Positions 55,996 to 64,000 of a stretch of DNA of 64,000 nt are shown here, one piece after another. Made by a program: the position numbers and the translations under genes. Source of the stretch: Calditrichales bacterium. GTDB taxonomy: Bacteria > Calditrichota > Calditrichia > Calditrichales > J004. How positions within the stretch are numbered: the stretch's first letter is position 1; each line of letters opens with the position of its first letter. The notes beneath the pieces are model-generated. The model searched no databases and was not told the DNA's origin. It saw only the letters and a list, made by a program, of their open reading frames with translations. The stretch is taken from contig OZ254086.1 of NCBI GenBank assembly GCA_965267575.1, forward strand, positions 1,856,141 through 1,920,140. The letters run 5' to 3'.

Positions 55996-57792
55996 TTAGA
56001 TAAGCTTCTCAACCTGGTCAAGCAGGTCATCCATTAAATGGATTGTTCTTTTGACCGGGTCGGCACTGTTCATATCAACGCCCGCTTCCTGCAGCGTGTC
56101 CAGGGGGTATTTGCTGCGCCCGCTTTTCAGAAAGCCCAGATAGCGCTCACGCGCCGGATCGCCCTCTTCGAGGATGCGTGATACCAGCGCCTGTGACGCC
56201 ACAAAGCTGGTGCTGTACTGAAAAACATAATAGTTATAGTAAAAATGAGGCACACGGCTCCAAAGCGCCTTGTTCTCACGGATCAGCTCAAACTCGTCAC
56301 CATAATAATCCTGGTAAATCCGGCCGAACAATTCGTCCAGCTTATCGGCGGTAAGCGCTTCGCCGTTTTCGGCCATTTCGTGACTTCTAAGCTCGAACTC
56401 CGCGAAGATCGCCTGGCGGTAAAATGTGCTGTTGTATTTTTTCAGGGCTGAATCCAGCAGGCCCAGCTTTTCCTCCTTGCTAACCGCGTTGCGGATTAGA
56501 TGTCTTTCCAGCAGCGCCTCGTTTGTGGTGCTGGCCACCTCGGCCAAAAAGATCGGGTAGTCACCGTAGACGTAAGGCTGGTTTTTGATGGTGTACCAGG
56601 TGTGCAGGGCATGACCCATCTCGTGGGTCAGTGTGAAGATGTCATTCAGCGTGCCGTTAAAGTTCATTAATACATACGGATGCACGCCATAGGTTCCGGA
56701 CGAATAGGCGCCGGTGCGTTTGCCCTTGTTTTCATATACATCAATCCAGCGGCTGCTAAAGGCGTCGCGCAGGGTTTCCACATAATCTTCGCCCAGCCGT
56801 TCCGCGCCGTCAATCACCATTTGACAGGCGTCCTGCCAGCCGTATTCGCGCTGGGTTTTCTCAAACAGAGGCGCACGCAAATCGTAATCGCGCACCTGTT
56901 TCAGGTTAAGCAGCTTTTTGCGCAAAGCGACAAAGCGACGTAGCGGTTTTACATTGAACCGGGCCGTATCAATCAGGGTATGATAAACTTTCTCCGGCAC
57001 GTTGTTGCGATCCAGCGCGGCCTGCAGTGTGCTTTTATAGCCTCGCGCGCGGGCATTAAAAATATGGCTCTTTACGATCGCCGAATAGGAAGCGGAAAGC
57101 ATGTTGCGGTGACCGATATAGGGTACATACAGCGCGTGATAGGAGCGTTTCCTCAATTCACGGTCAGGGGATTCCTGGAACTTGTTGTACAGCGGTTCGG
57201 TCAGCCGAATCTCTTTACCCTCCGCGTCTTTTATTTTGGGATACTCGATATCGGCGTTGTCCCAGTTGGAAAAAATATCGGCCGCGGCGCCACGTACTTC
57301 GCCGGACAAGGCCATGATGCGTTCTTCTTTTTCGGAAAGAATGTATGGCTTCGTGCGCATCATGTTGTCCATGTAATGGCGATACAAATCCAGGTCCGGT
57401 TCGGAGTCGATCATTTTGCCGATCTCTTCTTCGGACATGGAGAGCAACTCCGGCTCAAACCAGGACATGGTCTGATTGTATTCGACAATCAGGCTGCCCA
57501 TGCGGTCATACTGCTCCTGGTATTTGCCAACGGACTTGTCTTCGTCGTTGCGCATGTGGGCATAGGAGTAAAGCTTGCCGATCGCCTCCTCCAGGGCGTG
57601 GGCTTCACGCAGGGCAGCCAGCAAAATCTCGGCACTTTCGTGAATGTGGCCCTGGTTTTTTTTCAGTTTGGGGATTTCTTTTTGCACGCGCCGGAACTCT
57701 TCTTCCCAGGCAGTGTCATCGGGAAAAATATCTTCCAGGCGCCATTTGTATTGTTCATCTATTGCAGAACGCAATTGCAGTTCCTGAGACAT
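55996..57792 (-). CDS. pepF: Oligoendopeptidase F (M3B)
   Basis: HEMGHALH zinc motif and 598 aa PepF collinearity. Confidence 0.9.
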   Translation of the reverse strand: MSQELQLRSAIDEQYKWRLEDIFPDDTAWEEEFRRVQKEIPKLKKNQGHIHESAEILLAALREAHALEEAIGKLYSYAHMRNDEDKSVGKYQEQYDRMGSLIVEYNQTMSWFEPELLSMSEEEIGKMIDSEPDLDLYRHYMDNMMRTKPYILSEKEERIMALSGEVRGAAADIFSNWDNADIEYPKIKDAEGKEIRLTEPLYNKFQESPDRELRKRSYHALYVPYIGHRNMLSASYSAIVKSHIFNARARGYKSTLQAALDRNNVPEKVYHTLIDTARFNVKPLRRFVALRKKLLNLKQVRDYDLRAPLFEKTQREYGWQDACQMVIDGAERLGEDYVETLRDAFSSRWIDVYENKGKRTGAYSSGTYGVHPYVLMNFNGTLNDIFTLTHEMGHALHTWYTIKNQPYVYGDYPIFLAEVASTTNEALLERHLIRNAVSKEEKLGLLDSALKKYNSTFYRQAIFAEFELRSHEMAENGEALTADKLDELFGRIYQDYYGDEFELIRENKALWSRVPHFYYNYYVFQYSTSFVASQALVSRILEEGDPARERYLGFLKSGRSKYPLDTLQEAGVDMNSADPVKRTIHLMDDLLDQVEKLI

Positions 57793-57919
57793 GAATATTC
57801 CTTTCTGATTCAGGCATTATTAATAAGCCTAATGTATAAAAATGAGCCGATAAAAATAAAGAAAGCTCCAAAACGATTTTGAATTTCACTTTAGATAATA
57901 TTTTTACCAATTTAGTGCT

Positions 57920-58870
57920 ATGAGTAAATACGATCTGACCCAAAATATTAAAAAGATTGTTCTTGACGCCGGTTTCCACAAAGTGGGGGTGGCCCGGGCA
58001 GAAAAATTAGCCCACGCGCCATACCTGCGTGAATGGCTGGCAGCCGGCCGCAACGGCACCATGGCCTGGATGGAAAACCACATCGATAAAAGAGAAGACG
58101 TCAGAAAACTCTATCCGGACGCGCAGAGCGTTGTGGCCGTAGCGATGAACTATTACAGCCCCGAGCAGCATTCCGATGAAGACGACCGGGGAAAGATAAG
58201 CCGCTACGCCTGGGGCAAAGATTATCATAAGGTAATGAAAAAAAAGCTGAAGCAGTGTCTGCAACAGATAAAGCAGCTGGACGCCGGCATCTACGGGCGC
58301 ATTTGCGTGGACACGGCCCCCGCCATGGATAAGCTGTGGGCGGTGGCGGCCGGTGTGGGCTGGCAGGGTAAAAACACAAATATTCTCACGCGCGACTACG
58401 GCTCCTGGCTTTTCCTTGGGGAAATTATCCTGAACACAGAGCTGACCTATGATACAGCGGTGCAGGACTATTGCGGAAGTTGTACGGCCTGCATCGAGGC
58501 TTGCCCGACCGACGCCCTCGAGGAATATCGTATCGACGCGCGGCGCTGCATTTCCTATTTGACAATAGAGCACTGGGACGCGCCCATTCCTCAAGAATAC
58601 GTCGGCAAAATGGAGAACTGGGTTTTTGGCTGCGACATCTGCCAGGATGTCTGCCCCTGGAACCGCTTTGAAAAACAGACTGACCTGGATGCCTTCCGGC
58701 CGGATGAAGGCAACGTTTCACCGCGCCTGGTGGATCTGGAGAAAATGGATGAGGCAGATTTCCGGCGGCGTTTTAAGAAAAGTCCTGTTTACCGCGCAAA
58801 ATTTCATAACTTTCTGCGCAACGTGAAAACGGTGCTTGGGAACAGATCGTCAAAAGCGAAAGAAGAGTAA
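57920..58870 (+). CDS. queG: tRNA epoxyqueuosine(34) reductase
   Basis: The QueG N-terminus is followed by two 4Fe-4S motifs (CGSCTACIEACP, CDICQDVCP). Confidence 0.9.
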   Translation: MSKYDLTQNIKKIVLDAGFHKVGVARAEKLAHAPYLREWLAAGRNGTMAWMENHIDKREDVRKLYPDAQSVVAVAMNYYSPEQHSDEDDRGKISRYAWGKDYHKVMKKKLKQCLQQIKQLDAGIYGRICVDTAPAMDKLWAVAAGVGWQGKNTNILTRDYGSWLFLGEIILNTELTYDTAVQDYCGSCTACIEACPTDALEEYRIDARRCISYLTIEHWDAPIPQEYVGKMENWVFGCDICQDVCPWNRFEKQTDLDAFRPDEGNVSPRLVDLEKMDEADFRRRFKKSPVYRAKFHNFLRNVKTVLGNRSSKAKEE

Positions 58871-59062
58871 ATGCTGCGCTATGTACCGCGTTTTATGAAA
58901 GAATGGGTCGCCATTTGGCGAACAGAAGGCTTGAAGGCTTTGTTGCGCCAAAAAGGCTGGAAGGTCGTTGCCGTAGTGTTTTCGTATTATCTCGTCAGGG
59001 ACACGTTTCTGTACATTATCATTCCCTACCTCGTAATAAATAATATCTGGCAGTGCCAATAG
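58871..59062 (+). CDS. Possible small membrane protein (uncertain)
   Basis: The ATG immediately follows the queG TAA. There is one hydrophobic helix and no family was recognised. Confidence 0.3.
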   Translation: MLRYVPRFMKEWVAIWRTEGLKALLRQKGWKVVAVVFSYYLVRDTFLYIIIPYLVINNIWQCQ

Positions 59063-59074
59063 GAGTGGGTTGGG

Positions 59075-59130
59075 GGTATTAATGTGCTAAAGTATTAATG
59101 TGTTAGCGTGTTAATGTATTAATGTAATAT
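59075..59130. repeat. Octamer array gtattaat gtgctaaa gtattaat gtgttagc gtgttaat gtattaat gtaatatg
   Basis: Exact 8-nt phase across 7 units, read directly. Confidence 0.9.
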
Positions 59131-59155
59131 GACTGTTTTCAGGACGTTTTGCAGA

Positions 59156-59190
59156 TATAAAAAAAGGCGCCCCAAGGGGCGCCCTTTAGA
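59156..59190 (-). terminator. Rho-independent terminator for glgP
   Basis: The minus strand has GGCGCCCC-tt-GGGGCGCC followed by T7. Confidence 0.75.
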
Positions 59191-59213
59191 AAAGTGAGAG
59201 AAAAGCCTCTCCA

Positions 59214-61757
59214 TTAGTCCAGCCACTTAATCAAACGCGTTTCATGGCCGTTGAACATATCGTGGTGGATTGGCATCACGCGGCAATTAAAACGGTATGA
59301 GCCGTCTTCTTTGGCCTTTACGCGGGCACGGTATTCATAGGTATTATCTTCCGCTTGTCCGATAAGGCCCATGGGATAAACCTCCATATCCTGGTGCTTT
59401 TTGATGGCGTCCTGCCTTTCCAGGATCAGCTCAACGCGCAATTCTTCGGCCTTAAGTGAACCGAGACGTACAAGAATGCTTATCTCCTTTGACTCGCCCG
59501 CACCGAAAATGCGTCTGTCTTCACCGTTGCCGTTGCGGCCCAGTGCCAGGTGTACATTTTTCCAGTGCCGTTTCACTCGGTTCATCCATCGTGTAAAGCG
59601 GAACAGCTGTGTGTACTCGTTTTCCGTATAGCGGATATGACGATGCATGCCGGGCACATAAAACTGCGTTGTGTAATTCCATACCATGGTATGGGTCGAA
59701 AAAGCAGAGATCACCGTGCGCAAAGATTCCTTGCTGATGCGAATCCATTCACGCGGAATGCCGTCCTTGTCACGATCATAATAGATGTTGACAATCTCTT
59801 CCAGTGTTTCATAAAGCGAATGGGCATCCTCTTCATCCTGCATGGCGTGGTCGCTGTATTCCAGTTCCCGCCCGATGGTCCAGCCGTTTTTGCCGTTATA
59901 ACCTTCCGGCCACCATCCGTCCAGTACGGAAAAGTTAATGCCACCGTTGATCGGCACTTTTTGGCCGCTGGTGCCGCTGGCCTCCAAAGGCCTTCTGGGG
60001 TTGTTAAGCCACAGGTCGACGCCCGATACCAGCGAGCGCGCCACATTTATGCCATAATCTTCAATGAATGTTACCTTGCCGGCGAATGCATCTTTCTGGG
60101 CGATCTGGTTAATTTCGCGTATCAGCTCTTTTCCGGCTTCATTCTGCGGATGGGCTTTCCCGGAGAACACGATTTGCACCGGCCGCTCCGGATCATTTAG
60201 GATTTTTGCGATGCGCTTTTTGTCTTTAAAGATCAGGTTGGCCCTTTTGTAGGGTGCAAAACGGCGCGCGAAACCAATCATCAAACCGTTCTCGTCAAGA
60301 ATAGAATCTGGCGGGGGAAAACCGCTTCGCTTGCTGGCATAACGATCCAGCTGCTCGGAATAGCGGCGGCGCAAATGCTGACTCATATCCTGTTTCATTT
60401 TTTGCATGGCCTTCCACCAAACCTCATCCGGAATGGCGAATACCTTTTCCCAGTAACTCTGCTCGTGCAGGTGGCCGCGCCAGTCGCTGCCAAGGTATTC
60501 ATCAAATAACCGGATCATTTCACGGTGCAGCCAGGACTCGGTATGAATACCGTTTGTGACATGCTGAATGGGTACTTCGCTTGTCGGTACGCCCGGATAG
60601 ACAACGCTCCACATCTCGCGCGACACTTTGCTGTGCAGTTTGCTGACGCCGTTGGCCATATAGGACAAATTCAGCGCCAGGATAGTCAGCGAGAAGTTTT
60701 CATGCTGGTGCTCATTAACATTGCGGCCCAGGTCAAAAAAGAAATCGTCGGACATTTCCAGTTGCGGCCACATGTTTTTGAAATAACGTTCCATCATATC
60801 AAATTCAAACGCTTCATTACCGGCGGGTATGGGCGTGTGTGTTGTAAAAAGCGTTGTGCTGCGCACGAATTCAAGCGCCGGCTTAAAGTCCATTCCTTCG
60901 TTCATAAGTTCGTACAAACGCTCCAGACCCAGAAATGCCGAATGTCCCTCGTTCATGTGGAAAACGGTAGGGTTCAGGTTCATTTTGCGCAGGGCGCGTA
61001 AACCGCCAATGCCCAGAATAATTTCCTGCTTCATGCGCGTATCGCGGGATCCGCCATACAGCGAGTGGATGATTTCCTGGTCTTCCGTGGCATTTTTGTC
61101 CACACCGGTATCCAGAAGGAAAAGCTTTATCCGCCCGACATTAACTTGCCAGATTTGCAGATATACATCGTGATCGAGAAGCGGGACGCTCACCAGAAGC
61201 GGTTTATCGTCTTTGGTCTTTACCAGCTCGATCGGCAGCTCTTCATGCACCAGCTCCTTAAATTCTTCCAGTTGCTCGCCGTTCTCATTAATGTACTGTG
61301 TGAAATAGGCGTGTTTGTACATAAGACCCACAGCCACAAAAGGCAGGCCCAGATCGCTGGCGGTCTTGCAGTGGTCACCAGCCAGAATACCCAAGCCGCC
61401 GGCATAGTTGGGCAGCGATTCATGCAGACCGTATTCGGCGGAAAAGTAAGCGATGAGCTGATCGGATAAATTGGGGTGGCTTTCATTAAAACGCGTTTTG
61501 GCGCTACCCATATAATCGGTAAAGCGCTTATACACCTTGTCAACCTTTTCAACGAAGGCGGGATCAGCGGCCTTTTCTTCGAGTATTTTGCTATCTACGT
61601 TGCGCAGAAAGGCAACGGGGTTACGACCCTTTTCTCTCCATAGCTGCAGGTCGATTGACCGGAAAATATCGCGTGCATCGGGATTCCAGCTAAACCACAG
61701 ATTGTAGGCCAACTTCTCCAGCGCTTTAAGGTTTTCCGGCAGGGTAAATGTGCTCAT
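59214..61757 (-). CDS. glgP: Alpha-glucan (glycogen/maltodextrin) phosphorylase, GlgP family
   Basis: AYFS.EYG..., GGLG.LAGD and the PLP-site region EASGTSGQK. The start was placed at the ATG 9 nt after GGAG; the ORF extends to 61772. Confidence 0.85.
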   Translation of the reverse strand: MSTFTLPENLKALEKLAYNLWFSWNPDARDIFRSIDLQLWREKGRNPVAFLRNVDSKILEEKAADPAFVEKVDKVYKRFTDYMGSAKTRFNESHPNLSDQLIAYFSAEYGLHESLPNYAGGLGILAGDHCKTASDLGLPFVAVGLMYKHAYFTQYINENGEQLEEFKELVHEELPIELVKTKDDKPLLVSVPLLDHDVYLQIWQVNVGRIKLFLLDTGVDKNATEDQEIIHSLYGGSRDTRMKQEIILGIGGLRALRKMNLNPTVFHMNEGHSAFLGLERLYELMNEGMDFKPALEFVRSTTLFTTHTPIPAGNEAFEFDMMERYFKNMWPQLEMSDDFFFDLGRNVNEHQHENFSLTILALNLSYMANGVSKLHSKVSREMWSVVYPGVPTSEVPIQHVTNGIHTESWLHREMIRLFDEYLGSDWRGHLHEQSYWEKVFAIPDEVWWKAMQKMKQDMSQHLRRRYSEQLDRYASKRSGFPPPDSILDENGLMIGFARRFAPYKRANLIFKDKKRIAKILNDPERPVQIVFSGKAHPQNEAGKELIREINQIAQKDAFAGKVTFIEDYGINVARSLVSGVDLWLNNPRRPLEASGTSGQKVPINGGINFSVLDGWWPEGYNGKNGWTIGRELEYSDHAMQDEEDAHSLYETLEEIVNIYYDRDKDGIPREWIRISKESLRTVISAFSTHTMVWNYTTQFYVPGMHRHIRYTENEYTQLFRFTRWMNRVKRHWKNVHLALGRNGNGEDRRIFGAGESKEISILVRLGSLKAEELRVELILERQDAIKKHQDMEVYPMGLIGQAEDNTYEYRARVKAKEDGSYRFNCRVMPIHHDMFNGHETRLIKWLD

Positions 61758-62038
61758 AAGATCCATCTCCAAACGGGTTATACACTCTATATAGAGTTAC
61801 TAAACGATCAGGGAAAATAGCAAATGCCTCACTCACGTGCAAGGCCAAACACAAGTTTTGGTAGAGATACATTCATGCAAATTTATTTTGTGGTTTGCGG
61901 CACATATGGCAGTGGCATCTGTCAATATTTCTACTTCGTTTGATTGTTTCAGTCGCCCGGGTGCCTTCGTGGCCTCCCACACCTTAAAATGCCCGCTTGG
62001 CATGAAAGTTGAAAGATTTAGGCGTTCGATAACATAAA

Positions 62039-64000
62039 ATGGAGAATAACAGAGTGACTGCAGAAAAAGCAAATACGCCTGTAGCGGAAGTGCTTCCGGT
62101 AATGCCCTTGAGGAATACGGTTGTTTTTCCACACCAGGTCGTGCCTTTGGCTGTTGGACGTGAAAAGTCTTTGAACCTGTTGCACAATCTAAATGAAGAG
62201 ACGAAAGTCATCGGGTTGATTGCCCAGCAGGATGGCCGTGTTGAAGAGCCCGGCTTTGATGATCTTTTCCGCTGGGGTACCGCCGCGATGATTCTGAAAA
62301 AGTTCAAAATGCCCGATGGGTCTGAACAGATGATCGTGCAGGGGTTATATCGTTTTGAAGTGGACAAATTTACAAAAAACGATCCCTACTTTGAAGCGGT
62401 TATCCGCCAAAAAAACGACAAAGGCGAGCAAGATAATATTGAAATCGAAGCGTTGTGTAACAACATCAAAAATGTTTTTCAGAAAATAGTTGATCACACG
62501 CCCTACTTAACCAACGAACATCGCGTCATGGTGCTCAATACGGAAGAGCCCACCAAGCTGGCCGACGTGATCGCATCCCAGGTTAACTTTTCCGTTTCGG
62601 AAAAACAGCAGGTTTTGGAGATGCTCGATGTGAAAGAGCGTCTGGAGAAAATTCATTATCTCCTGAACAAAGAGCTGCAGATTCTTGAATTGGGCAGCAA
62701 GATCCAGGATGAAGTACAGGGTGAGCTCAACAAGACCCAACGTCATTATTACCTGCGGGAGCAGCTTAAAGCCATCAAAAAAGAACTCGGCGAGTACGAA
62801 GATGAAGGCAGCGAAGCCGAGGAACTGCGTGAGCGGCTGCAAAAGGCCAAAATGCCCAAACATGTTAAAGAGGTGGCCGAGAAAGAACTCAACCGTCTTT
62901 CGCGCATGTCTCCGATGGCTAGCGAGTTCACCGTTACGCGTACCTACCTGGACTGGTTGCTGGAGATGCCCTGGCTTAAAAGCACCAAGGATCAGCTAAG
63001 TGTAAAAAAAGCCGAACAGATCCTGAACGAAGACCATTATGGTTTGGAAAAGGTCAAAAAACGGATTCTTGAATATCTGGCCGTAAGACAGCTTAAATCG
63101 GATATGAAGGGACCTATCTTGTGTTTTGTCGGCCCTCCGGGTGTTGGAAAAACCAGCCTGGGCCGTTCGATCGCACGCGCGCTGAACCGCAAGTTTTCCC
63201 GCATGTCGCTGGGTGGTGTACGTGACGAAGCGGAAATCCGCGGGCACCGCCGCACTTATGTTGGCGCTTTGCCGGGACGGATTATCCAGGAGATAAAGAA
63301 AGTCGGTTCCAACAATCCCGTTGTTATGCTGGATGAAATCGACAAGCTCGGCATGGATTTTAGAGGCGATCCCTCCTCAGCATTGCTGGAAGTGCTGGAT
63401 CCCGAGCAGAATAATACGTTTGCGGACCATTACCTGGAAGTGCCTTTTGACCTTTCAAAGGTGATGTTTATTGCAACGGCCAACCTGATCGATCCCATAC
63501 CACCGGCATTGAAAGACCGTATGGAAGTGATTGAGATAAACGGCTACACAGACGAAGAAAAAATGCATATTGCCGAGCGATACCTGATCCCCAAACAGCT
63601 CAAAAATCACGGGCTGGATGACAAAACGATCGAGTTTGGACGCAAGGCCATAAAAGAGGTAACAAACAAGTATACCCGGGAAGCCGGTGTGCGTAACCTG
63701 GAACGTGAAGTTGCTTCGATTATTCGCGGCGTGGCCCGCGAAATTGTTGAAGGTGAGACGAAGACTAAAAAAATTACGCCCCGGATAGTGAGCAATTATC
63801 TCGGCGCACCGCGTTTCGATTATGATATTGCCGAACGTGTGGCACGTCCCGGTGTGGCTACCGGCCTGGCCTGGACGGCTGTTGGCGGCGATATCCTGTT
63901 TATTGAAGCGACGCGTATGGATGGAAAAGGCCACCTTTCGCTGACAGGCAAGCTGGGCGATGTGATGAAAGAATCGGCTTCGGCCGCAATGAGCTTTTTG
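62039..64000 (+). CDS. lon: ATP-dependent Lon protease (3' end outside the window)
   Basis: Absent from the ORF track because no stop occurs before the window edge. Lon N-domain (LPVMPLRNTVVFPHQVVPLAVGREKS) and Walker A GPPGVGKTSLGRSIA at 63131 are in frame. Confidence 0.9.
   Translation, partial: MENNRVTAEKANTPVAEVLPVMPLRNTVVFPHQVVPLAVGREKSLNLLHNLNEETKVIGLIAQQDGRVEEPGFDDLFRWGTAAMILKKFKMPDGSEQMIVQGLYRFEVDKFTKNDPYFEAVIRQKNDKGEQDNIEIEALCNNIKNVFQKIVDHTPYLTNEHRVMVLNTEEPTKLADVIASQVNFSVSEKQQVLEMLDVKERLEKIHYLLNKELQILELGSKIQDEVQGELNKTQRHYYLREQLKAIKKELGEYEDEGSEAEELRERLQKAKMPKHVKEVAEKELNRLSRMSPMASEFTVTRTYLDWLLEMPWLKSTKDQLSVKKAEQILNEDHYGLEKVKKRILEYLAVRQLKSDMKGPILCFVGPPGVGKTSLGRSIARALNRKFSRMSLGGVRDEAEIRGHRRTYVGALPGRIIQEIKKVGSNNPVVMLDEIDKLGMDFRGDPSSALLEVLDPEQNNTFADHYLEVPFDLSKVMFIATANLIDPIPPALKDRMEVIEINGYTDEEKMHIAERYLIPKQLKNHGLDDKTIEFGRKAIKEVTNKYTREAGVRNLEREVASIIRGVAREIVEGETKTKKITPRIVSNYLGAPRFDYDIAERVARPGVATGLAWTAVGGDILFIEATRMDGKGHLSLTGKLGDVMKESASAAMSFL

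Noticed and set aside
56980-57882. 300-aa plus-strand ORF (also 59550-60200, 60525-61001 and 49160-50410 plus-strand ORFs)
   Set aside because: They are antisense shadows of pepF, glgP and the TonB-dependent receptor respectively.

Overview
This 64 kb window is from a Gram-negative-type bacterial chromosome. It encodes TolC, a TonB-dependent receptor and outer-membrane barrels, and most genes have Shine-Dalgarno sites. My guess is an FCB-group, Calditrichota or KSB1-like organism, but that is a low-confidence inference from REP-like hairpins and gene content.

Most of the window is housekeeping: plsX, PolX, rdgB, an ECF sigma factor, nnr-nadE-rsmI-tmk, a Ctp protease, the CCA-adding enzyme, a MacAB-TolC-type efflux operon, pepF, queG, glgP, and lon (which runs off the 3' edge). 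There is also a four-tRNA operon (Pro-Arg-His-Glu, minus strand) with a near-consensus sigma70 promoter.

The regions worth a second look are:
1. 1.3-7.4 kb: a scrambled, compositionally foreign island of orphan DNRLRE/RHS-core polymorphic-toxin tips with putative immunity genes. No full-length RHS shell gene is present. The island is bounded by copies of a hairpin-rich repeat, and one copy appears split by a single DUF4143 AAA+ ATPase gene.
2. 8.96-15.0 kb: a tightly coupled six-gene operon encoding an SsuD-like flavin monooxygenase, a DltA-like adenylation enzyme, a secreted PQQ-type dehydrogenase, an Fmt-like formyltransferase, a DltC-like carrier protein and a double-length GNAT. No condensation, thioesterase, DltB or DltD partner is present.
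3. 20.5-29.2 kb: a GbsR-regulated cluster with FabG, a KAS III-like protein that keeps the Cys but lacks the His/Asn condensation residues, an SSS transporter coupled to an acyl-CoA ligase, a lipocalin-like lipoprotein, an outer-membrane barrel and an esterase.
4. 46.7-51.3 kb: a TPP-riboswitch-controlled operon of TonB receptor, thiamine pyrophosphokinase and SSS transporter.
5. 51.9-53.6 kb: a REC-DUF4388 protein fused to a flavodiiron/MBL-like domain with degenerate metal ligands.
6. 53.7-55.8 kb: a pterin operon with two tandem PTPS paralogs, FolE and an SDR.
7. A recurring family of intergenic arrays with 7-8 nt periodicity, placed at gene 3' ends.

I saw no rRNA, CRISPR array, transposase, integrase or reverse transcriptase. 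All homology calls come from motif recognition by eye; no database search was run.
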